This document shows positions 20,603-31,313 of a stretch of DNA of 64,000 nt, one piece after another. Position numbers and translations under genes: made by a program. Within the stretch, counting starts at the first letter, position 1. Each line of letters starts with the position of its first letter. The stretch spans positions 122,236-186,235 of the forward strand of contig CAVXZB010000088.1 of the NCBI GenBank assembly GCA_963765895.1. Direction: 5' to 3'. The notes beneath the pieces were generated by a model. It saw nothing but the letters and a program-made list of their open reading frames with translations, was not told the origin of the DNA and made no database searches. Source of the stretch: an uncultured Nitrososphaeraceae archaeon (GTDB taxonomy: Archaea > Thermoproteota > Nitrososphaeria > Nitrososphaerales > Nitrososphaeraceae).

Positions 20603-21256
20603 ATGTATGTGATAATCAATTCGGCCATGACGGTTGACGGTAAAATTGCAACGATAATAGGAAATTCTACAGTGTCGTCGATGGAGGACCTACGAAGGGT
20701 TCATACGATAAGATCATCAGTAGACGGCATTATGGTAGGTATATCAACTGTTCTTATGGACAATCCAAGACTCACAGCTAGGCTTGACAAGGTACAGGGA
20801 GATAGAGGAGAACCTACCAGGATAATAATAGACAGTACAGCTAGAATACCACTGCAATCAAGGATTTTACAATCTGCTTATAAAGTCAGGACCATAATCG
20901 CTGTAACGAGAAGAGCGAAAAGTAATAGAATTAAGAAGATACGAAATACTGGCGCAATGGTCATGACTGCAGGAACAGAAGACGTCAATCTGAAAATGGT
21001 GTTTGCACGATTAAAAGAAATGGGATTCAAAAAAATTCTTGTCGAAGGAGGTGGCGAAATTAATTGGTCTGTTCTTAGATTGGGTATCGTCAACGAATTG
21101 ATTGTAACAATAGCACCAAGGATCGTAGGTGGCAGATCAGCTACTACCATCGTTGAAGGATACGGATATTCAAAAATGTCCGAGGGAATAAGGATGAAGT
21201 TAAAAAAGATTGTCAAACAAGACGGTGGTGAGATAGTCTTGTACTACATGTTATAA
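20603..21256 (+). CDS. arfC: 2,5-diamino-6-ribosylamino-4(3H)-pyrimidinone 5'-phosphate reductase (stand-alone RibD reductase domain)
   Basis: AMTVDGKIA, R...DGIMVG..TVL.DNP.LT, RIIIDS and VEGGG motifs; no N-terminal HAE/PCxxC deaminase domain. Confidence 0.92.
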   Translation: MYVIINSAMTVDGKIATIIGNSTVSSMEDLRRVHTIRSSVDGIMVGISTVLMDNPRLTARLDKVQGDRGEPTRIIIDSTARIPLQSRILQSAYKVRTIIAVTRRAKSNRIKKIRNTGAMVMTAGTEDVNLKMVFARLKEMGFKKILVEGGGEINWSVLRLGIVNELIVTIAPRIVGGRSATTIVEGYGYSKMSEGIRMKLKKIVKQDGGEIVLYYML

Positions 21257-21383
21257 AACTCATTATTATGAAAATTATTAATTACAGTGGTAGTGCTTTA
21301 TGAATTGGCTGATCAGTACGAGTTTAGCCTTCATACGATTGAGGGGTTTGACTACCTATGTCCAGAAAATTTAATCATATGGT

Positions 21384-21902
21384 CTATCTCCTTAATGATA
21401 CATCATTCGATATTTGTTGAATTTTGTATCTTAGAGCTTCTTTAATTTTGCTATTGTCTATCATGTTCAATGGTTCTTTACAATTGCTACATTTGAAGAA
21501 AACTTCCATAGCAGAATCGAACTTTACATAAGGACAATCTTTGTTACCACAGTGATAGAACTCTGAAGATTCTTCATATTCGAGACGTTTTTGTAATCTA
21601 TCTAGAATTTTTTTCTTCTGGTTGTCTATAAAATTATCGACCTGATCTCCTTTCGCACGCCATCTATATACAAACCAACCTTTCTTCTCATCCTTAACCC
21701 GTATACCGGTAATTAGCGCCTTTCCAAACATGTCGTACAAGACTTTCCTTATTACATTAATTCTAAGGCCTGTAGCTCCTGCAATTTCCTCATCAGTAGC
21801 GTCTTCCGTACTTAAGAGAGAGCGTGCAACTTTTAAGTATTCCTCCCCTCCGATTAAGTTAGCAATTTTAACAAAAGAATCATCCTGTTCAATATAGCGC
21901 AT
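21384..21902 (-). CDS. tfe: Transcription factor E (TFIIE-alpha homolog)
   Basis: TDEEIA...L.IN.IRK.LY winged helix, GWFVYRW and FYHC...C...F.C..C...L Zn ribbon. Confidence 0.95.
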   Translation of the reverse strand: MRYIEQDDSFVKIANLIGGEEYLKVARSLLSTEDATDEEIAGATGLRINVIRKVLYDMFGKALITGIRVKDEKKGWFVYRWRAKGDQVDNFIDNQKKKILDRLQKRLEYEESSEFYHCGNKDCPYVKFDSAMEVFFKCSNCKEPLNMIDNSKIKEALRYKIQQISNDVSLRR

Positions 21903-22192
21903 CTAATACATAATTCTTTTTTTCAGATATATATTTACCGATAGCAACGTTATTCCCTATGTCTATACCGGAATTAGTTCTTCCAGTATCGGCTGAGCAA
22001 TCTTAAACAAGCTGAAAGAACTTGGTTATATTGTCAAGGCTATCTGAAGCAATGTCACCCCACCCAATCTTTTAGAATTTCCTAACGGATCATATCGACA
22101 AGAGAACCTAGTAAATAATATCAGATTTCTTAAAAATTGAAGGTAAGAACAGTAACTCGAGCTATATGATAGGCAGTCAGCTACAAATTTAG

Positions 22193-23623
22193 TTAGAGGA
22201 CAGTCATTTTAAAGCCATATTCACCTGAAATGTGGGCATTATTGCTGTGTCTATTCTGATCTCTGCCGTATCTGCTACCGCCGCTACCATAACTTCGACT
22301 ACCGCCGCTACCATAACTTCGATTGCCATAGGATCTGTTTGTATTGTTACCATAGCCGCGCCTATACTGATCTCTACCGTATCTACTACCGCCGCTACCA
22401 TAACTTCGACTGCCATAGGATCTGTTTGTATTGTTACCATAGCCGCGCCTGTATTGAGGTCTACGATAAGAATTTTGTTGGGAAACTGGAATTTTGACGC
22501 CCATTTCATCGTTGAGTCTTCGGATGGGATGTTCAGTTTGGTTTAAAATCCTAGAAAAGTCATCAACTCTATCATGAGAGACCAAGGATATAGCTCTACC
22601 GGTTCCTCCCGCCCTAGCAGTTCTCCCTATTCTGTGGAAATATATCAAGGGATCTCCGGGAACGTCATAGTTGATTACATGACCTACTGCTGGAACATCT
22701 ATTCCCCTTGACGCTATGTCAGTGGCAACAAGGATATCATCAGTCCCTTTTTTGAATCGATACATTGCGTTATCTCTTTGTTTTTGCGAAAGATCTCCAT
22801 GAATCGTTACTGCGCTAAATCCATTGTGCTTCAATTCGCCGGCAAGTCTATGCGTCCTTTGTTTAGTCGCAGCAAAAACGATGGTCTGCTTCTTATCTCT
22901 ATTTCTAATGAAATCACACAAATGTTTGAATTTTTCCTTCTCATCCACAATAAGATATGATTGATCTATAGTTTCCAAACTCAGCTCCTCTTCGTTTAGC
23001 CTTATTTCCCGAACATCTTTCATATATTCTTGTGCTAGGCGCAAAATTTCTGGCGGCATAGTAGCAGAGAACAAGCATGTTTGTCTATCTTCGTTAACAT
23101 AAAAGAGTATGAATTTGATGTCATCGATAAATCCCATATCTAGCATTCTATCAGCTTCATCCAGAACAACAAACTTTACGTGGTCTAAGTGAATTGAGCC
23201 CCTCTTGACATGATCTATCAATCTTCCAGGGGTTGCTACTACTATTTGTACCCCTTTTCTCAATTGATCATGCTGTATGCCGATGCTCTGGCCACCATAG
23301 ACCGATACAGTTCTAACATGAACATATTTTGCGAATTTATTAATCTCATTCGTTACCTGCATTGCCAATTCCCTAGTTGGGACCAATATCAAAACTTGAA
23401 TCGGTCCATTGGGTTTTAACTTAGTCAATAATGGCAACGAAAACGCCGCTGTCTTACCTGTGCCTGTATGTGCCTGTCCGATGACATCTACACCTCTCAA
23501 AATATACGGTATAGCTTCTTCTTGGATCGGAAAGGGCATTTTAAATCCATTTTCTTCAAGTGCCTTTAGTATTTCAGCACTCATTCCTAATTCTTTGAAT
23601 GTTGGTGTCAACTTTTTATTCAC
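22193..23623 (-). CDS. DEAD-box RNA helicase with an R/G/Y/S-rich C-terminal tail
   Basis: Q motif, AHTGTGKT, PTRELA, TPGR, DEAD, SAT and HRIGRTAR motifs. Confidence 0.96.
   Translation of the reverse strand: MNKKLTPTFKELGMSAEILKALEENGFKMPFPIQEEAIPYILRGVDVIGQAHTGTGKTAAFSLPLLTKLKPNGPIQVLILVPTRELAMQVTNEINKFAKYVHVRTVSVYGGQSIGIQHDQLRKGVQIVVATPGRLIDHVKRGSIHLDHVKFVVLDEADRMLDMGFIDDIKFILFYVNEDRQTCLFSATMPPEILRLAQEYMKDVREIRLNEEELSLETIDQSYLIVDEKEKFKHLCDFIRNRDKKQTIVFAATKQRTHRLAGELKHNGFSAVTIHGDLSQKQRDNAMYRFKKGTDDILVATDIASRGIDVPAVGHVINYDVPGDPLIYFHRIGRTARAGGTGRAISLVSHDRVDDFSRILNQTEHPIRRLNDEMGVKIPVSQQNSYRRPQYRRGYGNNTNRSYGSRSYGSGGSRYGRDQYRRGYGNNTNRSYGNRSYGSGGSRSYGSGGSRYGRDQNRHSNNAHISGEYGFKMTVL
22256..22456 (-). 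repeat. Near-perfect duplication of about 87 bp plus an extra 21-bp unit in the helicase tail
   Basis: QYRRGYGNNTNRSYG(S/N)RSYGSGGS...RYGRD occurs twice, and RSYGSGGS three times. Confidence 0.9.
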
Positions 23624-24128
23624 TTTTAATATTACAAAAGTTACGGGAGAAATTAGCTCTTATTTTAAAATCTACCGTCAACCTCTTGCTTACATGTTGT
23701 ATTATACACACAGATATAAGGTATGCGATAAAAGATCGAGCTTCATCCTTTTTATTATTTTGACTGATATTTTTAAAATGTACAGCGCAATAACATCTAA
23801 AATACTAAATTTCTAGTGGTTTTTTTAATCTATATTAATGTTTTATTATTTTAATTGGCTTAATTTTGTGGTAATGACAAGGATTTAATCTGAAACTCCT
23901 TCGCCCTATCAGGTGGCAAGGATAAGCTTTATTTTCCTATCGTTCTTTTTCGGTCATATCAATCTAATATAAAAATAAACTTGATGCAGAGTCTTTGCTT
24001 TGAAGTCATGAATCATTCTAGGAATATATGATTCCTATTTGTTATGACAATGCAGTCATGTGCACGTGGGTAAGCTACTGTCCAAAACACTAATAGCAAC
24101 GATTAGTCAACTAATTAATAAATCGGTT

Positions 24129-24965
24129 ATGATTCGAGAAGACAAACTTCAAGAGAAGAAGCTAAGAGGTTCTGGCGGCTATGCAATAGCGAATGTCACG
24201 GATGAAGAACAGAGAAGTGGAAATCTAGGAGGACCAGAATTGTTTCTTGCAGGTGTTGGAAGGTTGCAAGAGGAGCGTTTCTCTAAATACTATTGCAATA
24301 AATGTGAAAAACAATATGATGGACCACCGAAGATTAGCTATGAAAATCCGAATGAGCAGCTTGGCGAAGGCGTAACCTTAATCGAGAAAGGAGAATACAA
24401 ATGTGGAGAATGCGATAGTACAATTGCACAATATCGAAAGTTCGGTAATGATTCGACTTCATCATCATCTCAAACAGGATCTGAATCGTCAAATCAAGAT
24501 TCAAGTGACAACTTATCTACTGCTAGGAATGAATCTACTACAATAGGAGCGAAACACAACCGCAATAATTCTCCAGACATTCCAACTAGATCATTGATTA
24601 GTCAAGGTGAATTCTTTCCTATCCAGTTACTGATTGGGATGCCTGCCTATGATAGTAGTGCAATGTTAATTGGAAATGTTCAGGAAGTCGGACTTCGAAG
24701 ATCGCGAAGTGGAAATATAAAAATAAATGTCAAAATCAGCGAAGTTAGTAATGAGAATCCACGTAACACCAATATCAATGCCATCGATGTATCTTGGGAT
24801 GATATTTCAAAAATAGGTGACATTATTCTAGTGAATACTGAAACACAACCGAATCCGACCAACCATGGTTCTGGTTCCAGTTCCAGTTCTATAAAGTGCA
24901 ATTCCTGCGGATACCAGAATAATTTGGGTGCGCTTTATTGCGAGGACTGCGGCTCAAAAATTTAG
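24129..24965 (+). CDS. Zn-ribbon / PRC-barrel-like / Zn-ribbon protein
   Basis: Likely start MIREDK. It has CNKC...CGEC, a Ser-rich linker, a PRC-like LIGMPAYDSSAMLIGNV...VSWDDISKIGDIILV segment, and C-terminal CNSC...CEDC. Confidence 0.8.
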   Translation: MIREDKLQEKKLRGSGGYAIANVTDEEQRSGNLGGPELFLAGVGRLQEERFSKYYCNKCEKQYDGPPKISYENPNEQLGEGVTLIEKGEYKCGECDSTIAQYRKFGNDSTSSSSQTGSESSNQDSSDNLSTARNESTTIGAKHNRNNSPDIPTRSLISQGEFFPIQLLIGMPAYDSSAMLIGNVQEVGLRRSRSGNIKINVKISEVSNENPRNTNINAIDVSWDDISKIGDIILVNTETQPNPTNHGSGSSSSSIKCNSCGYQNNLGALYCEDCGSKI

Positions 24966-26145
24966 GAAGATACAGTTATGATGTAATATTTTCGGTTATG
25001 CTAAAATAATGGTCGAGTTATAGTGGACCCCGATCATCGATGGTAATGGTGCGTAAATATTTCCAGACATAAATTAAATTACGGTTAGTAATTCAATTGG
25101 GACTATTTATTTACTAAATTTTTGGATAAGGATATCTTAACATGTTTTCGATTAGGTAACTGTAAAAACTATATGCGAACTGTAGACACAAGCTGGATTT
25201 ATGAACTATAGTGTAAACAATTATTGTATAGCACTGGAATGTTAGTGATAGTTCTTTGCATGGTTGTGCCTATCGACTGGTTCAATCTTCCGTGTTACGT
25301 CAACACCTGAGCAATCAGCATTAATCAAATCTTTTATAATAAATTTGAATATTTTAGCTGATCCGTCACCCTTAATGATTAATGAAAAATCTGACATAGT
25401 TTACAAGCTTTGTGGAGAATATAATTAGCAAAAAATGAGAGATGATAACAATTATTGAAATATGGATAATTAAATATTCATTCGCAATAAGGATTAATAG
25501 GGTAATGATTAATTCCCGCAGATAATAAATAATAGATGAAGAAAATCCTGTTTGAATTCTTTGCTACAAACCTGATTCCTTCTACCGCCCACTAGTATAC
25601 TACCTACATATAAATATTATAAGAAAGATTGAAGCAAATATGAAAATCCTGGCCACATACTTTCTGTTAATGATAAATGTTTAGGCATTGGCATATGGTT
25701 ACCGTAATGAGCACTGGTATTTTCTAGTGCTATAGCTGATTAGTTTTATGAGTAGAATTCTGTTTGAAAAAACGAAAATCGGTGCCGATTAGTATGCTAC
25801 TAGAAACATGGGTTATCGTGGTTCATATTTATGCATAATTTATTCTATCGGTACTGTATACTCTAACTATTTTACATTTATCTTTTAGAGATTCAAACAA
25901 CAATTACAACTAGGGTATAGAACATATCGTAAATTTTTTTAGAATTCTTAAATATATCTGATCTAATACTATAGGTACGTCATCAATCATTACAATAGAT
26001 ATACTGTATTATCTTGGGGACGAGTTAAAGATTGTCATCCTGTGGTAGTAGGCGACATGTGGGATTTATGATGTTAGATATCCTCGTTGAGGATACCATT
26101 TTTGTCTTCTCTATCCGTAATTTATTATTGAAGGGTCGAAAATAA

Positions 26146-26337
26146 ATGAGTTTTACTTCGATACAAGCAAGGAAAATATATCTAGGAATAACTAGCTATT
26201 CGTGTTCATATTGTGCTTCCCAAAATCATATATCACTACAAAGAATCCCGATTAATAATAGAATTTGTATCCAGAAAGTAAAGTGTCAGATCTGCAAATT
26301 TGAATGGACACAATCCTGGTCGCAGGTACATATTTAG
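26146..26337 (+). CDS. Small Zn-ribbon protein
   Basis: 63 aa with CSYC...CQIC..EW, in otherwise non-coding DNA. Confidence 0.55.
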   Translation: MSFTSIQARKIYLGITSYSCSYCASQNHISLQRIPINNRICIQKVKCQICKFEWTQSWSQVHI

Positions 26338-27565
26338 ACTACAAAAGATGGTTGACTATAATTGTAAAATCTTGTGTTTTAAGGATTCGAATAGTATAGA
26401 GCGCCTACCCCTACTTTCTGAATTTCGATTTAACCTGGAATACATATTTACACATTTATGGCTTTTAGTGCTGATGGTTTGCTATATCTTCGGTAAATCC
26501 GTCACTATTTAATTATTATATTATGATATATAGATAGAGCTCATTTCTGGGACACAATTTTGCCGCAGTGATCGAGTAATGCAAGATACCCAACAAAATT
26601 AGAATAGCTAAAAAGCTTTTCATAAATCTATCACTTATCGTCAGATATTTGATGTCATCTTCTAGATCGTTAGTTTATTTACAAAAAAATGTTCTCTTAA
26701 GTCCTGGTGGTAGGTTAAAGTTGAGTCTCATAACAGTAGTAGTTACAATAATCTAATTATGGAGATTTCAGATTTTATTAAGAATTTTAATACTAACAGT
26801 GGTGCTCTCCTTAGTTAATGCCGCAACCCGCTGACAATCTCTAGTAAATTTATCATAACTCCTATATTTGTGGCCAAGTTGAGTCCAAAGTGTTTGTTCC
26901 AAATTAAATATAAATTTATTAAATATCATATCTCGAACTATCAAATAATCTCAGTGATCTCATAATTAAGTTAGCATCTTTCATTGCGATTAAAATGTAA
27001 AAGTAAATGTAATGCTTAATACGGCATTATTCCAGCCTTGGCTCTATTTATTTGCGATTTGTGTATGTCAAAAGAAAGATTTTTCATTTTCTATTGTGTT
27101 CCAATTCATATTCCACTTTACATTGATCTGAGCAAAACTTGTCGTCTGAATTTCCTTCATTCCCTATTTGGTCACCACAATTTACGCAATTCATTTTTAC
27201 TCTATGTATATAATACATATGTTACTAAATCTTTCTGCCTTTTCACAAAGAAACGATCCTAAAAAGACTGTTTCGAGAGCATATAATGTCTAGATTAACT
27301 ATAACACAAAACAAGGAATTATCATTCAGATCTATGACCTACACTAGCGTGGAAAGTCATCTATATCCCAGAATAATAGTGTGAACAAAAAAAAGATTTA
27401 TAGAGTCTGTAAAACAGATATAATATACATTACGTTGGCAAAAAGAACGTACCTAAATGCTTAAGGCAATCTAAGGTCAACTAAAGATCCAGTCTTGCTT
27501 CTGAAGGGTTCATTATAGCGGACAATTATATTTTTATAACTAGAGTTTAAATAATATGTAGGTGA

Positions 27566-27976
27566 CTGTGGTTATCTAACTACATAATAGCTTACGATGC
27601 TGATTGTGTGCCTTGTTCTAGATTCAAACACATAGTCGATCTTCTTGATGTATATCAAATTATAGATTTCATATCACTGAAAGAGGCAGACAAAAGTGGA
27701 CTGCTTGACCAGGTCCCCCAGTCCATAAGGTTCAAGTCTTTTCATCTGTTAAATCCTAGCGGAGATATAAAAAGTGGACCAGACGCTCTTATTAATTTGA
27801 TAGCGATACTGCCTTTTGGATACGGGATTTCAAAGCTCATTATGTCAGTCCCTACGGGACAACAGATGCTCGAATATCTCTATTTGAAATTTTCGAGATT
27901 ACACGATAAAGGCTCATGTCATTTTGAGACAAAACATACTAGAAATAGCCCAAAAAATTGCAAAGATAGAATATAA
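27566..27976 (+). CDS. DCC1/DUF393-like thiol-disulfide oxidoreductase (start uncertain)
   Basis: The frame extends upstream of the tracked GTG: YIIAYDADCVPCSRF (DxxCxxC), then SFHL....G....G.DA. No canonical in-frame start follows the AGGTGA RBS, so there may be an indel. Confidence 0.8.
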   Translation: MWLSNYIIAYDADCVPCSRFKHIVDLLDVYQIIDFISLKEADKSGLLDQVPQSIRFKSFHLLNPSGDIKSGPDALINLIAILPFGYGISKLIMSVPTGQQMLEYLYLKFSRLHDKGSCHFETKHTRNSPKNCKDRI

Positions 27977-29029
27977 GGAATACTACATCCATTAAGATGA
28001 GACAGTGCGTAATACAGTTGTAGGCAAAATCGCCCGTAAATCTAGATTAGTATTGAATAATTAAGACATCAAGATACGTTAAGAATAATTATAATAATTA
28101 ATGTCATTAAGTGTAGTATGTCTGATACAGTACTGCAGATATTGCTCTCAATCCTCACCAGTATTACTTTGGCGTTCTAATTAGCAGTGATACGTCTTTC
28201 GAATGACTGTGTCGATTTAGAAAAATTAACCTGATGTAGAAACGCATTTCCTCTTAGCACTAATTTAATTTGCACTCATTCACGATAAATATTCTCAACT
28301 TCATTTATCTTAGACGAAAGTCCCTTCCGTGTCTGATGCAATTTACTCAGACATTTTCGAATTATTTCAATATGAAATACATGGATAGACTAGTAGCACC
28401 AATGATGGTAATGGACGTTAGTCCAGCTACAGCTATTCATCATTTTCACAGGGATAACATACTTGTTTCACTTAAAGAATAGGTGTATTCTTTCATTATA
28501 GCCGTTATGTCAACCGATATGCTAGATAGCCAGTCCTGTGTCCTCCAGTGGAATATGTCATGATTCTTATTTGATAGATCTGTCACATTTCGGCTATTGA
28601 TAAATAATATATTCTGTCATTCTAACACTTGTCTCTATATAGTTGAGTCTATCAATTTACAAGTTTGCTAAGAATGTTTATAGAAGTGATCGTTAGTGAA
28701 GTCGTGCGTTCACCTTGGTGTCACATCTCTCTCATAAATTGAATATAGGCATAAGATCCTTATTTTAAAACTAAGGCGGCAGACGATCCCCAAATAGGGA
28801 TTTGTTATAGTTGAGCGTATAATTTGCCTTAATCTAATTGCATACAGACCGCACATATGAAAGCTTGATTACTTTTCTTTAATATCTTAGATTACAATGA
28901 GACTTTTGTGGTCATGAACAGCTCCTCTAATTTGTCAAGTAAAGGTATTGCAAATAACCCTGGGGGTATCATGCTGATGTTAGATAGAGAAAATGAGCGA
29001 TAGTTGTAGTAATCATATATTAGATTACT

Positions 29030-30371
29030 TTAGGGGCTATTCAAAGAAGCAGGTATTACTTTGTAAACTGTTCCGCCATATCCCAGAATGTACAAATAAC
29101 CATCAGGACTGACCTGTATATCCGTAATTAGACCAAATCCCTTTCCCAATACTATTCCACCTTGCGCTGATTGCCCTTGACTATTTGCAATTCCACCCTC
29201 AGGGGCTCCACTTAATATCAATCCATTCCTCTGTGCATTTAGTTTAAAGTTATACAAATTACCTGTAAGAACGTCTCCCACAAACATAGTATTTTGATAT
29301 TGCTTGCCTATTTTATCAGAATTTAGGAATTTTAAGGCAGTTGGAGCTACAGGTGGAGTCCAAACAAATTTAGGATCACTATAAGTCCCTTTTCCACCAA
29401 GACTAACTAAATCTTTATTTGGGTCTGCCTTCCCAGCACGCTGATCCTTTGCAAAACCTTGAATCTTAACCCACCCACTATTGAACCCAGGCTTGACCAG
29501 GTTAATTTCATCACCAAAAGATGGACCATTCTCTGTATCCCATAGTGTTCCTGTAAGAGGATCAAAATCTATACCGAAGCCGTTGCGAATCCCATAAGCA
29601 TAATAAATATTTAAAGGCATTGTTGCTCCTAACGGTGGATTTGGTGCTATTTGTCCATCTCGTGTTATCCTCAATATGCCTCCGGTGCCATCGAAGGCTG
29701 GTCCACCTATAACATTTTGAGCTTGACCTCTATGATCACCAACATCACCAATTATCGCATATACATTATGATCGGGACCGATTACAAGTTTTCCGCCATT
29801 ATGATTTCCTTCCCCACCTGGCCCTGGATTTCCGGGTAAATCTAGCAGTAGCTTAGGATTGACTAGCCGTTGATTATCATTAGTTAATTCATATCTATAA
29901 ATTCTATTACCTGCTACAGTGCCGCCGTTGCCAGCCTCTGTATAATATAAAAATACGTAGGTAGGAGCAGGAATATTCGTATTCTTTTGTACAGCTAATC
30001 CTAACAGACCACGTTCAACTTGAGCATCTACGTTGACGTGGAGTAATGGTGTTTCGTGCATCTTGCCATTTACGATTCTAATAACGTTTCCGGTCTTCTT
30101 TTCCACAACCAAAAAATCATTAGGGCCCAAAAATGCCATGCTGGTTGGAATATGAAGTCCACTGAAAATAGTCTGGGCCTTTAAATTAGGATCATTAAAA
30201 GTTGGTCCGCCGGTTGCCTGTGTAGCTTTAACATATGGCAGCAGCAGCATGATCATGAAAAGTATATGAAAGAACGGAATTACTAAGTAGAAGAAATATT
30301 GTAGTTACTACCCCAACGATAAGTAATCCGTTATTATAATGGGGGAATAATGATAATCTTCTAATAATCAT
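29030..30371 (-). CDS. Secreted PQQ-dependent glucose/sorbosone dehydrogenase family beta-propeller; signal-peptide segment frameshifted near 30240
   Basis: GL..PTSMAF, ERGLLGLA, NHNGG, GD.G, YAYGIRNGFG.DFDP, ENGP..GDEIN and NSGW motifs. The upstream frame MIIRRLSLF...LLIVGVVTTIFLLLS looks like its signal/anchor. Confidence 0.88.
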
Positions 30372-31133
30372 TCCAAGATTACCGCATCATTGGATATAAA
30401 AATCTTTTTCGAAATTTTAATCGAAAGTAATCAAGCAATTAAACGCAATTGAACTCAATCTCCACCCTACGCATGTAGGTTCTTTTATTCACTTAGAATG
30501 AGCCCAGATATGATGTTATAACTATTAAAGTATACAAATAGCTTCCGTTTAAACCAAATTGCGAATTTATCTTCATCAAACTGTGTCATCAACATGAATT
30601 AATAAGTATTATTTGTTTAGCTACAACATTTGTTTTGCTCAATAATTATTTACGAGTATTCCTTAACTTAAAACATTAAGAGTACGATTATGACTGCCAC
30701 AAAACTGAACGGAACATGCTACTAAGAAAATATTTTTACACTCAGCTAAGAAGGCAGAAATTGCTTGATTTTACTCCTTACATTGTATGTCTTTTAGAAA
30801 AATTGATTTAGCCGATCTATTCATTAAATCCTTATTCAGGAACAGAAAGCGAAGAATATAAGATACCATAATCGATCTATCAAAATACCATGCTGCATTC
30901 GTAAGGTAAATTATATTTTATTAGAAAACATGATAAACTATTGTCAAAATAATTGATAGGAATATGACAATTTAGCTTGGTAGTTATTCTATAACGATTA
31001 GGATATAGAATTTAGGTAGAATTTAAATTGTATAAGTTTGAATGTTTCGCCATACACTTCACAATTGCTGTTGTAATAAGTCTGGAATATCCTTAGGCCT
31101 TAATATAAATAGGTCAATTGCTACCCTTATGAT

Positions 31134-31313
31134 GTGCCTATTATCGCCATTTCATTATATCCTGGCAGAACTAAAGATCAGAAAGATGCATTTGCTCTGG
31201 CTGTAACTGATGCAGCAGTACAAATACTAAAAAGTAAACCTGAACATATAATTATTACGTATGATGAAAGACCAAAAGAAAATTGGTACATGGTAGGATA
31301 TCCGTTAGGATAG
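31134..31313 (+). CDS. 4-oxalocrotonate tautomerase family protein (59 aa, not in the ORF track)
   Basis: GTG start: MPIIAISLYPGRTKDQKDAFALAVTDAAVQILKSKPEHIIITYDERPKENWYMVGYPLG*. It has Pro-1 and GRT.DQK, with a TATA-like TAATATAAAT at 31101-31110. Confidence 0.9.
   Translation: MPIIAISLYPGRTKDQKDAFALAVTDAAVQILKSKPEHIIITYDERPKENWYMVGYPLG

Noticed and set aside
1009-23816. Many antisense or overlapping ORFs in the track (for example 7793-8335, 15858-16376, 22232-22546)
   Set aside because: They are shadow frames of well-supported genes and have no motifs.
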